NCBI GenBank assembly: GCA_963668625.2
Contig: CAXXKA010000004.1
Span: 64,001-128,000, forward strand
DNA length: 64,000 nucleotides
From: an uncultured candidate division Zixibacteria bacterium
GTDB taxonomy: Bacteria; Zixibacteria; MSB-5A5; UBA10806; 4484-95
Reading direction: 5' to 3'
Part shown: positions 51,741 through 61,515 of the stretch, piece after piece
Layout: the number at the start of each line of letters is the position of its first letter
How positions within the stretch are numbered: position 1 is the stretch's first letter
Program-made: the position numbers and the translations under genes
The notes under the pieces: generated by a model
The model's database searches: none
What the model saw: only the letters and a program-made list of their open reading frames with translations
Told to the model about the DNA's origin: nothing

Positions 51741-54700
51741 TTATTTCCGTTTTTGCGGAATTATCATTTTTATTTTATTTTTTTCACTAAGATCATCTTT
51801 TAGGTCATCTTTTATTATTGGATAGGAGTTCAGCAGTACAGAATTTTCGCAGTTTGGCCAACTATATGGAGCTGATGCAGGCAAATCACCAGAAGTTGGC
51901 CATGAGGGATAGTAATTAGGGCAATAAGTAGGCGGATTTCCTCCTCTAAAGTAAGTAGTTAAATATGTTACATCAGATCCAATTACAGCACAATCACCGT
52001 TTATATCTCCTGATGCGTAAAATCCACCTAATAAACAAGCTTCAGTTGTTCCGCGAAAATAATTCACCAAATAAGTTACGTCAGCACCCAGTATGTTTGG
52101 CGGCCACGCGCCAGCGTACATACTAGCATCACCTGGAAGATAATCATATAGGATTGTGGTTGTATCCACTGTTACATTATCCAGATAAAACTTGTTAGTT
52201 GAATTAGTAGTCAAGTTTTTAGCTAATGATGTATAATCGTAAGTCTGCTTAAAACAGATAACAAAACTAGAATTTAAAGATATACCAAGGTCATCAGCTA
52301 ACCCCACGACATCAAGCTGAACATGTTGCCAGGAATTGCTAGGTTCGATCGTGTAAGCAAGATATAAACTATCCGCGGAGTTATCGGAGAAATAAATCTC
52401 TTCTTCATAAGGATAATTTGCTGGGGTATATTCGCATTTGTAATTAAAGCCCAGCGTTACTTTCGCCTGTTCGTTCAGGTTAATAAATAACCAGGATTGA
52501 TTCGTACTATTTTCAGTATGTTCTTCAGTATCTACAGAAAGACATCGATTTCCAGAGGGACTTTCATATTCTCGTTGAAAACGACCATGTGCCGAACTGC
52601 TTTTAAACATCCAGCAATCACCTATATCATCAGCTGTACTTGTTATTGCTTCGAAATCAACTGAATATGGAAATGCTGTGGGCTTAGGCAATGATGAACT
52701 ATTTGGTTCATCAACTATTTTAAACAAACCAGCAGCTAATGCTCTAACCGATTGGGAGCCACCATATACTTCTATGGATGTCCCGCCATACAAACTCGTT
52801 CCATCCTCGCTCAAGTAGCATTTCTCATCATCGAAAGCGGTTAGTACTTCATCATCACCATCACCATCAAAATCACCTACAACCATTTTCACAACATAGC
52901 GTTGACCTATATAAACGACTTGTGTGTTACCTTCACCAATACCTCCACCAAGATTCATTCCATCCTCACTCAGATAACATGTATTATCAAAAGCAGTTAT
53001 AACTTCATCATCACCATCACCATCAAAATCACCTACGGCAAATGCGCGGACTTCTTGTAGTGAACTGCTATTATAAGCAATTGGACTGCTGCCCAGATTA
53101 AAACCATCCTCACTCTTATAAATAATTTTTTCAGAAAATGCGGTCAAGACTTCATCATCGCCATCACCGTCAAAGTCACCTACGGCAAATTTATGAACAT
53201 ATTGTTGTCCATTGTATGCAATTGGGCTACTTCCAAGATTTAAACCATTGTCACTTAAATAACACAAATTATCAAAAGCTGTAATAACATCATCGTCGCC
53301 ATCGCCGTCAAAATCACCTATAGCGAATCCTTTTGTCATCTGTAAATTATTAAGGTCTTCAGTGATGTATGCAATCTGAGTATTTCCGCCTCCTCCAAGT
53401 TTGTATCCATCAGGGCTTTTATAGATTACGCCAACACTGAAAGCTGTTAAGACCTCATCAATACCATCACCATCGAAATCACCTGAAGCCATATTGACAA
53501 CGGACTGGTTACCGCTATAAACTCGCTTTGTAGATCCTCCACCATCAAGATAGAAGCCGTTATCGCTTAAATATATAAATTCATTATTAAAAACTGCAAT
53601 AACATCATCATCGTTATCGCCATCAAAATCTCCAGACACCATATGAGTAATATACTGCTTTTCCTCCGGCCAATCAGAACCGTATACTATATTGGTAGCT
53701 ATTCCACCACCAAGGAAATGGCCATTATCAGATATATAAGCCAAACTATTGAAAGCAGCAATTACATCTTCATTAACAAAAGGTTCGAATTGATCAGCAA
53801 AATATACAAACATATGTCCTCTATTGGCGCCGATATAAACGTTTGTATTAGTAGTATCTGTACTAACAGTAAGACTGAGCGCTTTATCCTGATATTCTGA
53901 AGTAGCGGTGCTGGGAACGGGAAGTTTTCCACAATCAACATAATTATGTGCATTGTTCATTACTCCAAGCCTGTCTCCGCTTGCAATATAAATATATCCA
54001 TCATTACCCTTTATTATATCGTTGATACTCCTTCCAAGATTTATAGCCATTATAGGAGTTGCTGTTAAAAAGCCAGAACTAATTATATCATCAACATTGT
54101 ATATACTCAAAGTATCGTGTTTTGACGTATAAAGTAAATTAGTTGAATGATCTAAAAAAAGCGAATTTAAAACATACTCCTCATTAAAAATAAGTGTGCC
54201 ACTATTCAAGTTATAAACAAATGAACGTGAGGGCCATCGACTGATCATAACTAAATATTTAACTTCACTAGCATCTTTATAAAATTCAAGATCATAGATT
54301 TCATCAACCCCTGGAACCTGCTTGATGTGGTCAATTTGGCCAGGGTTTAAAGCGCCAGCAGTATAAAATTTAATGATATAAGGATTATCTCCACTCGTTC
54401 CATCAGTTGATGAACCCGTCCCTATGTATATTGCGTGTTCTTCATCATCTACAGAAAAACATCGCACACGAACAAGAAATTCATCGGTAATGTCGGCTCC
54501 ATTTGTTTGAATCTTCAGATTCCTCTGTAATGGATTAGAATAGTCACTCGGCTCATATAAAGAATCAGTATTATCTATATGTACTCCGTATTCATAATCA
54601 GGCGAATAAATCCCTAAGGACAATTGAGGATAACACCCAAGATATGTATAATTGCCATAAGTGATCATCTCATCCGCGTTAGCGCATGCGCATGGGGCTA

Positions 54701-55904
54701 ACATTTCTACCGTGTCATCTGCTCCCGAACTATCATCGGCAATTGAGTGCTTTAAAAATGTAGCTCCGTATACGTTGACATCATCAGCTGCTATAGCGTT
54801 TATATCACAACCTATATCACTGGCAGCATTAAGATGGGGATACGGATTAATCGGATCAATGACTATTTCAACTGATCCGCTATCTGTATTATAACCTTTG
54901 AAACTCCAGACACTATCCCCGGAATTCTGGTAGAATACACCAATGTAATCAGTATCATTAGTATTAAAACTACAGTATCTACCATAAATCCCAGTTCCAC
55001 TTTCTACGAGTGTTGGAGGATTGGTAGACAAGTCAAACTTGCACCCCATCCTTGAAGTATACAAGTTATCTCCAAGTAGCGTCATGTAGGAGCCTGGCAG
55101 GATACTATTCCCAGGACCATAAAGATGCTGTATACTATGTGCAGGGAAATCAATTAAAATAGTGCCAATATTAGCTGTATCACCTGTGACTCCTCCACAG
55201 ACATATGTGTTATTTGCTTCAAGATAATATAAAAAGCCTGACCCAATATCCATAATTTGACTAGAGTCATTGGCAGGATTATACTCTAAGGCCTTTCCAC
55301 ATTCAGTTCCGCCATATATTTTGCCTCCTGGCCCGGTAGCCAAACACCTTAAATATTTGCAGGAGTCTCCTACGGCAAAACAACTAAATACATCGGAAAT
55401 CTCAAAATGAGATCCAGCTTTGTAACATTTAATTAGTAGTGCGTGTGGATATGTACCATAATATACATAATCGCCTGAAGCGGTAGCACTCCAAATATAT
55501 GTTTCATTTTTTAAATCCGGATGACTGGTCCATTCTATAACGTTTGTAATATCATTACTCGGATTATATTTAAAGACTCTTGTTTCTTCATTGCATGTAC
55601 CGCCATATATGATCCCAGCCTCATCCGAACAAAGATCCCAAATTACGGCCTTATTAAAATCATCTGCTATTTTATGGGAGTTCAACCTGTATAAACTTGA
55701 GTGATCGGCAGACAGTTTAAATTCAAATAAATAACCGTTTATAGTAGATCCTACTACAAACACGTCTTCAGATTCACTATAAGCAACTCCAGCTAATCCT
55801 GGAATTTCCTGCCCCAAACCTAAATCTTTCATAACAGTATCCCCAGAAACAAACTGCGATAATACAAACAAAAGTGAAATTGTCAAACAACATAAGCGTT
55901 TCAT
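51741..55904 (-). CDS. Large secreted protein: beta-propellers, FG-GAP/VCBS-like repeats, beta-sandwich, dockerin-like domain
   Basis: Signal peptide; six GDFDGDxxDxVxxxF repeats plus a circularly permuted seventh; YLPGDASMYAGAWPPNILGADVTYL...WPNCE; visibly AT-rich. Confidence 0.85.
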   Translation of the reverse strand: MKRLCCLTISLLFVLSQFVSGDTVMKDLGLGQEIPGLAGVAYSESEDVFVVGSTINGYLFEFKLSADHSSLYRLNSHKIADDFNKAVIWDLCSDEAGIIYGGTCNEETRVFKYNPSNDITNVIEWTSHPDLKNETYIWSATASGDYVYYGTYPHALLIKCYKAGSHFEISDVFSCFAVGDSCKYLRCLATGPGGKIYGGTECGKALEYNPANDSSQIMDIGSGFLYYLEANNTYVCGGVTGDTANIGTILIDFPAHSIQHLYGPGNSILPGSYMTLLGDNLYTSRMGCKFDLSTNPPTLVESGTGIYGRYCSFNTNDTDYIGVFYQNSGDSVWSFKGYNTDSGSVEIVIDPINPYPHLNAASDIGCDINAIAADDVNVYGATFLKHSIADDSSGADDTVEMLAPCACANADEMITYGNYTYLGCYPQLSLGIYSPDYEYGVHIDNTDSLYEPSDYSNPLQRNLKIQTNGADITDEFLVRVRCFSVDDEEHAIYIGTGSSTDGTSGDNPYIIKFYTAGALNPGQIDHIKQVPGVDEIYDLEFYKDASEVKYLVMISRWPSRSFVYNLNSGTLIFNEEYVLNSLFLDHSTNLLYTSKHDTLSIYNVDDIISSGFLTATPIMAINLGRSINDIIKGNDGYIYIASGDRLGVMNNAHNYVDCGKLPVPSTATSEYQDKALSLTVSTDTTNTNVYIGANRGHMFVYFADQFEPFVNEDVIAAFNSLAYISDNGHFLGGGIATNIVYGSDWPEEKQYITHMVSGDFDGDNDDDVIAVFNNEFIYLSDNGFYLDGGGSTKRVYSGNQSVVNMASGDFDGDGIDEVLTAFSVGVIYKSPDGYKLGGGGNTQIAYITEDLNNLQMTKGFAIGDFDGDGDDDVITAFDNLCYLSDNGLNLGSSPIAYNGQQYVHKFAVGDFDGDGDDEVLTAFSEKIIYKSEDGFNLGSSPIAYNSSSLQEVRAFAVGDFDGDGDDEVITAFDNTCYLSEDGMNLGGGIGEGNTQVVYIGQRYVVKMVVGDFDGDGDDEVLTAFDDEKCYLSEDGTSLYGGTSIEVYGGSQSVRALAAGLFKIVDEPNSSSLPKPTAFPYSVDFEAITSTADDIGDCWMFKSSSAHGRFQREYESPSGNRCLSVDTEEHTENSTNQSWLFINLNEQAKVTLGFNYKCEYTPANYPYEEEIYFSDNSADSLYLAYTIEPSNSWQHVQLDVVGLADDLGISLNSSFVICFKQTYDYTSLAKNLTTNSTNKFYLDNVTVDTTTILYDYLPGDASMYAGAWPPNILGADVTYLVNYFRGTTEACLLGGFYASGDINGDCAVIGSDVTYLTTYFRGGNPPTYCPNYYPSWPTSGDLPASAPYSWPNCENSVLLNSYPIIKDDLKDDLSEKNKIKMIIPQKRK

Positions 55905-56123
55905 AACATACCTTTCTTTTAAACACTTCCTGAATGAGCGTTGAATTCACTCATCCATTTACTCGTTGTCAAATTATATAAACCAGTTGAATGGCTATAT
56001 ATCACATTAACATATATGTCAACACTTAAAACATGAGAAAATTATAATAAGTTGGAATCATAATTTATGGTTTGGTTTAATACTTTAAAAATAGTTTTAG
56101 AAATGATCATCTTAACCAAACAT

Positions 56124-56156
56124 AAAACGCCCCCGGGGGGCTATTGGGGGCGTTTT
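56124..56156 (-). terminator. Intrinsic terminator
   Basis: AAAACGCCCCC...GGGGGCGTTTT. Confidence 0.7.
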
Positions 56157-56229
56157 GCGGTCGAAATCATCTTCACTGTGGGATAGGGCAAAAGTTCGTT
56201 TCTCTCGCCTGAGTGTAGATGAGTTCTAA

Positions 56230-57090
56230 TTATTTTAACATTATCATTTTCTTGGTATCACTGAATTTATCAGCTTTTATAGTATAAAAATAAATACCCG
56301 AGGGTACCTTCTCGCCATCGTTATTGGCGCCGTTCCAATGTGCTTTATGAATACCGGCTTGCTGGTTTTCAGCAACGAGAGTTTTCACGTTCTGGCCCAG
56401 GATATTGTACACGCTTATATCGACATAACCCGCAGTAGGCAATTGATATTCGATATTGGTTTCCGGGTTGAACGGGTTCGGGTAGTTCTGGTTTATAGCA
56501 TATTCCGTAGGCAGAAGACCACTGTTATCATCGATATCAACCGCGCCATAACGGATATAACCGTCCGAGACTATCGGGGTGATATCTTCGTCGGTAGTGG
56601 TGGTCATCAAACCGAAATTAAGCGGCAGGCCATTGGGGCCCTCACCGATCGTTATCCATACTAGCTGTTCCTCGGCCTCAGCAGAGATATGGAACTCGAG
56701 CACGAGTTCTTGAACACGCGCGCCATCGGTAAATAATAAAGGCTCGCCCCCTTCACCACCTAAATCGTGAAAACCGACGAACCAGGTTAAATCATCACTA
56801 TGATAAACATCTTCCCAGTTTTCGAGCGTTGCGCCCCATGTAGCCGATATGCATGTAATGTTGCCATCAGTGCTAGCCCATTCGATCGGAATCATCACCG
56901 AAGCAATCGAGTCATCTGTGACAAAATATACCGGCACATCTACGTAAATATCACTTCCGGGGCTGTAATTAACATCAACACCGCTAAAAATAAGGCTATC
57001 CGGCATACCCGGATCATCGGGATCCTGGGCATAAACCAGGGCGGATAACATCATGAAAATCCCCACAATAACTAATAACGACCGCTTCAT
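56230..57090 (-). CDS. Secreted cohesin-like domain + T9SS/FlgD-like CTD protein
   Basis: VDVPVYFVTDDSIASVMIPIEW...LVLEFHISAEA...ITPIVSDGYI strand pattern; CTD QNYPNPFNPET...KKMIMLK; AGGAGG RBS. Confidence 0.78.
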   Translation of the reverse strand: MKRSLLVIVGIFMMLSALVYAQDPDDPGMPDSLIFSGVDVNYSPGSDIYVDVPVYFVTDDSIASVMIPIEWASTDGNITCISATWGATLENWEDVYHSDDLTWFVGFHDLGGEGGEPLLFTDGARVQELVLEFHISAEAEEQLVWITIGEGPNGLPLNFGLMTTTTDEDITPIVSDGYIRYGAVDIDDNSGLLPTEYAINQNYPNPFNPETNIEYQLPTAGYVDISVYNILGQNVKTLVAENQQAGIHKAHWNGANNDGEKVPSGIYFYTIKADKFSDTKKMIMLK

Positions 57091-57240
57091 CAAACTACCT
57101 CCTGAATTTATTCCCTGCAGTGTGCCCCAACAATTCACGAGTTAATACAAGTTTAAGCTAATTTTTCAAAGAAAATCCTTAACCATAAAATATACTATTT
57201 ATAGAGATTGTCAAGTCTTTTTTAACTTATTGTATGATAA

Positions 57241-58535
57241 GATCTTATCAAGGGAATTGTGTAAATTTGTAATGATTTTCAGATTTTCGGTTATCCAGCA
57301 CATAAGCGACTATTCCATAAACGATTCGATCAACACTTTTGGCATTAACAAATTTCCTGAACGGTTTTATCCTCCTTTGCAATTCCTCCAGATATCGCTC
57401 CAGAGGATTATTGGTCTTTATTTGAGTTCTTTCAGGTTCAGCATATTCTCGATAAATCAGTGTTCGATCAAAGCCGCGAATAAATGATCGAACAGCTTTA
57501 GGTTCTTTCAATCGCCATTTGGCCTTGAAAGCTTTCAATCGTGCCTTCAACTCTTTCTCCGTCTCGGCCTGATAGACCGCAGCAGCATCCCTGGTGATTC
57601 GGCTGCGGTTTTTACGTTCATCCAGATTCTGGCTGATATTCGACAGCTTGTGGAAGACACATTGCTGTGATTTCACCCGCGGATATAACCCGGCCAGAGC
57701 TTTAATCAGCCCCTTACCACCATCGTGAACAACAACCTCCAACAAATGACCGCGCAGACCTCGCTGCTTGAGATCCGACAGAAAGCCCCACCAGTAGGCC
57801 TCGCTCTCAGAGCCAGCCAGCATGAAGTCGATAAGCTCACGGCTGCCATCGTGACGGACACCGTAGGCCACAAGCAACACCTTCTTCACCTTAACCGGAG
57901 AGGTTATCTTCACCCATAAACCATCCAGATGAATAAAACGATAATCATCGCCCAAAGCCCGACAGTGGAAGCTGCCAACCTCATCGTTTAATGCCTTAAC
58001 TACGTTCGAGACAGCCTGGGCGCTGATGCTTTCACCATAGGCCCGCTTGAACATCCGTGCTGTCTTGCGGGTAGAATGACCAAGCAGAAAGCCCTCTAAA
58101 ATCAGCCGATCCAATAGCTGCGAACGCCGTTTGTGCTTCCGCAAGACACTCGACTCAAAGCTGCCATAACGCAGCCGGGGAACCTTTACCTCCTCTAACC
58201 AGCCGTATAAACTCAGCAAACCCCGACGGTAATAACCATTCCGATAATCCGCCCGCTCCTCACTCCGCTCATACTTTCCGCAGCCAACCGCTATCCTAAA
58301 CTCAACATTCAACATCCGTTCCAAATGACGGCGAGCATGCTTCAACACCACACCCCGAACATCCTCCTCCCAATAACTCTTGACTCCGGCAAATACATAA
58401 CCTACATTTTCATCAGCAAACCTAAGTGGTTTCACGGGTATATCCTCCTTGAAGATTAGCGTTTTCTGCTGGATATACCCGTAATTCTTTAATACATCAA
58501 TAAATACAAATTTACACAATTGAATTTACACTAAT
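57241..58535 (-). mobile_element. IS256-family element
   Basis: Imperfect TIRs sharing AATTGTGTAAATTTGTA; TSD TATGATAA at 57233-57240 and 58536-58543. Confidence 0.85.
57248..58435 (-). CDS. IS256 (Mutator-like) transposase
   Basis: YRNGYYRR, VPRLR, IHLDG, DLKQRGL, QQCVFH, TNNPLER; AGGAGG before GTG 58435. Confidence 0.92.
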   Translation of the reverse strand: MKPLRFADENVGYVFAGVKSYWEEDVRGVVLKHARRHLERMLNVEFRIAVGCGKYERSEERADYRNGYYRRGLLSLYGWLEEVKVPRLRYGSFESSVLRKHKRRSQLLDRLILEGFLLGHSTRKTARMFKRAYGESISAQAVSNVVKALNDEVGSFHCRALGDDYRFIHLDGLWVKITSPVKVKKVLLVAYGVRHDGSRELIDFMLAGSESEAYWWGFLSDLKQRGLRGHLLEVVVHDGGKGLIKALAGLYPRVKSQQCVFHKLSNISQNLDERKNRSRITRDAAAVYQAETEKELKARLKAFKAKWRLKEPKAVRSFIRGFDRTLIYREYAEPERTQIKTNNPLERYLEELQRRIKPFRKFVNAKSVDRIVYGIVAYVLDNRKSENHYKFTQFP

Positions 58536-58674
58536 TATGATAAGGCTTTGCATCAATCAAATCGGCTATTTCATATAGGACAATACACTCCATTGAAATT
58601 GTATATTTTCGCTAAACAGCAGATGAAAAATATGCCGTTTCCACTGCTACCAATCGAGATACGATAGTAAACTA

Positions 58675-59060
58675 CCACCGCCCACATGACCGGTGGCTTT
58701 TATCCTGCAGGCTCATGCAGCCTATGCCATCCTGAACTTGATTCAGGATCGAGAGGTTGGGGAAGGTATATACTGGCTATAAAACCCCGATTTTGTAACC
58801 CTCCGTATTCTAAAAATTTCGTTTTGTCTCCCCTCCATATAAGCTACTTAATAATAATTGAGTTTAATGTTATAAAAAGAAAAGGCCGTACTGAATTACC
58901 TCCTCCTAGCTTGATGTAAAAGTCCTTGTCGGATGACGGTGGTGGCAGGAATCCATTCCTGACACCTGATTTCATGCGGCATGTCGCCGGGAAAGGATGA
59001 ACAAAGGACTTCGTCCGCCCAGCGACTCAAGTAAATGACTTTTTCAACAACCTCCTCCGA
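58675..59060. repeat. REP-like mosaic
   Basis: Inverted homology to 34700-34925 and 23560-23660; GGAATCC.TTCCTGA.ACCTGATTTCATGC also at ~60814-60845. Confidence 0.7.
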
Positions 59061-59190
59061 GATAATAACTGATAAAGGATAGTGCCGCTATTGAGAGAAT
59101 CAGTCGTAGCTGTTTATAATAATATTTTCTGCAAATGGTTCGCTTTAAACGCACACACCGTATAATCCAGTTGTTTTTAATATCAATCAC

Positions 59191-59219
59191 AAAAAAATCC
59201 CCACTATGGCGGGGATTTT
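59191..59219 (-). terminator. Intrinsic terminator of the NtrC-family gene
   Basis: AAAATCCCCAC-TATG-GCGGGGATTTT with A7 run. Confidence 0.75.
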
Positions 59220-59245
59220 CAATCACTAAAGATATGTAAATCAGA

Positions 59246-60625
59246 TCAATAAGAATCGCTGTTTTTCTTTTGCAAGCCGTACTTTTTCAATTTCTCGAAA
59301 AGCGTCGTATAATCGACTTTAAGTATCTCGGCGGCTTTGCGCTTATTACCGTTTGTCTGGGTAAGTACGCGCTTTATCATACCTGCCTCGGCTTTGGCCT
59401 GCGCCTGGGCGGCAACCTCTTTAAGGCCGGCGCCTTCCCGCAAACGGATATCATCGGCTGAGGGCAGCCTTATCGCCAGATGTTCAGGCGTAATGGTTTT
59501 GCCTGTACAAAGGATTATGGCGCGCTCGATCGTATTCTCGAGTTCCCTGACATTGCCCGGCCAATGGTATTTTTCCAACAAAGCTTGAGAATCTTTGGAT
59601 AGATTTTTTTGCGGCTTGTTCATTTCTCTACAGTATTTCTCCGTAAAATAACTCGCCAGTAACAGCACATCATCGCGACGGTCGCGCAGGGGCGGCAGGG
59701 TGATCGGAAACACCGATAGCCGATAGTACAAATCCTCCCTGAAAGTGCCTTTAGCCGAGGCCTCCTTGATATCGACATTCGAAGCTACCACGACCCGCAC
59801 GTCAACATCGATGACTTTGGTACCACCGAGGCGCTCGAAATTTTTCTCCTGTAGTACACGCAGAAGTTTTGCCTGAAGGGACATATCCATATCGCCTATC
59901 TCATCGAGGAATATAGTGCCGCCGTTGGCAATCTCGAATTTGCCGATCTTACGGGCTACTGCCCCGGTGAAAGCGCCTTTTTCCGAGCCGAACAGTTCGT
60001 TTTCCAGAAGCTCCCTGGGAATGGCCGCACAGTTAATCGCTACGAACGCGCCGTTCGAGCGGTTGGATACGTTATGTATCGCACGGGCAAACAGCTCCTT
60101 ACCCGTACCAGATTCACCCAGGAGTAAAACAGTGGTATCGGAGGGGGCGACCTTTTTCACCAGGTCCATCGACTCGTTTATTTGAGGCGAATTACCGATG
60201 ATTTTCTTTATGCCTAAACTGTTGGCCAGTTCCTCGCGCAGGATAGTATTCTCGGCCACCAACCTGCGATTCTCCAGAGCGCGCTTGATAATCACCGAGA
60301 GATGATCGGTATCGAACGGCTTGGTAAGGAAATCGTACGCGCCTAAACGCATAGCCTCGACTGCTGTCTCGATCGTACCATAAGCAGTCATCAAAATAAC
60401 AGAGGTGTCAGGGTCCGCCTCTTTGACCTCGGAGAGTACTCCCATGCCATCCACTTTGGGTAATTTCAGATCGGTTAACACCAGATCGTATTTCTTACTT
60501 TTAGCACGCTCTACTCCACTCTGGCCATCCGAGGCCGTGTCTACCTCGTACCCCTCAGACTCCAGAGTAGCTGAGAGCATTTTTTGCATGCTGTCTTTAT
60601 CCTCGATAACTAAAATTGATGGCAT
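59246..60625 (-). CDS. NtrC-family sigma54-dependent response regulator
   Basis: Receiver (EDK...DLKLP...KPF), GESGTGKE, GAFTGA, WPGNVREL, Fis HTH. Confidence 0.97.
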   Translation of the reverse strand: MPSILVIEDKDSMQKMLSATLESEGYEVDTASDGQSGVERAKSKKYDLVLTDLKLPKVDGMGVLSEVKEADPDTSVILMTAYGTIETAVEAMRLGAYDFLTKPFDTDHLSVIIKRALENRRLVAENTILREELANSLGIKKIIGNSPQINESMDLVKKVAPSDTTVLLLGESGTGKELFARAIHNVSNRSNGAFVAINCAAIPRELLENELFGSEKGAFTGAVARKIGKFEIANGGTIFLDEIGDMDMSLQAKLLRVLQEKNFERLGGTKVIDVDVRVVVASNVDIKEASAKGTFREDLYYRLSVFPITLPPLRDRRDDVLLLASYFTEKYCREMNKPQKNLSKDSQALLEKYHWPGNVRELENTIERAIILCTGKTITPEHLAIRLPSADDIRLREGAGLKEVAAQAQAKAEAGMIKRVLTQTNGNKRKAAEILKVDYTTLFEKLKKYGLQKKNSDSY

Positions 60626-60662
60626 ATCTCACCTCTTCTATATTGGATTTGTCCTATAGTGA

Positions 60663-60689
60663 GTATCGGCAATATATTGGGCCGCTTGA
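60663..60689 (-). promoter_or_regulatory. sigma28-like promoter of the NtrC-family gene
   Basis: TCAAG-14-GCCGATAC on the minus strand. Confidence 0.6.
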
Positions 60690-60848
60690 GATAGAGCCTA
60701 CGGTTTGCATGTTCTGCAAGGCAATTACTGCAGGTGGCAGGTGGACATCGTCCTTTTTTCATCCTTTCCTGCAGGATTGTTGAAAAAATTCTAATAGAAC
60801 GCCTGCGGTGTCGGGAATCCTTTCCTGATACCTGATTTCATGCATCGC

Positions 60849-61508
60849 CTACGGTTTGCACGTTCGGCAGGGCGAAAGTCCGGCTTTTAGCGCCTCCTCC
60901 CTGTTTTCATATCGTCTGAATCTCGAGGGATCGGAGTTTTTTATATGGCCGCATAATGGGCGATGAAACCGGTATGAGCCGCTTATACTAATATAGAACT
61001 CCTCAGCCACCGGCCCGGGTAGTGCCCACAATCCCACATCACGCGAAATAGCTGAGTTTTGGGCAGGCAAGTAGTTGTCTATCAGGTGCTTAGTGTTACT
61101 ATAAGGGTACATCACCGCGTAACCATCATAAAGCATGCGACAGCCGATATTGATCGTATCGAGCATGACCTCAGCCAGCACCCGGCCGTAGCGATCGTGG
61201 CCCTCCCCCGATCTTATCAACCTGACCGCTTTATGGCTAATCATGCTGTCGAGATGCGCCCCCGCCTCGTGATATAACGGCTCATGCTTTTCGGGCGTAT
61301 CGATCATAACAATGCGGACGGTCTCGTTATTGGAAAGCACGAATGTGTCGCCATCAATGATTTTCGTTACATAGATACTGTCAGATTGAGAGATTAGCTT
61401 TTGATCATCGGTGGAGGTATTTCTGCGATTCTCAGATGTATTAGAACATCCCACGTAAAATATTACTATTGAACAAAGAAAACACCTTATTATGACAGTT
61501 AGTTTCAT
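60849..61508 (-). CDS. Thermonuclease (SNase-like) lipoprotein with Ada-type metal-binding C-terminus
   Basis: IIDGDTF, VRIVMIDTPE, DRYGRVLA; FHRPLC...GLSPCRTCKP; lipobox YVGC. Confidence 0.9.
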   Translation of the reverse strand: MKLTVIIRCFLCSIVIFYVGCSNTSENRRNTSTDDQKLISQSDSIYVTKIIDGDTFVLSNNETVRIVMIDTPEKHEPLYHEAGAHLDSMISHKAVRLIRSGEGHDRYGRVLAEVMLDTINIGCRMLYDGYAVMYPYSNTKHLIDNYLPAQNSAISRDVGLWALPGPVAEEFYISISGSYRFHRPLCGHIKNSDPSRFRRYENREEALKAGLSPCRTCKP

Positions 61509-61515
61509 GTGATGA

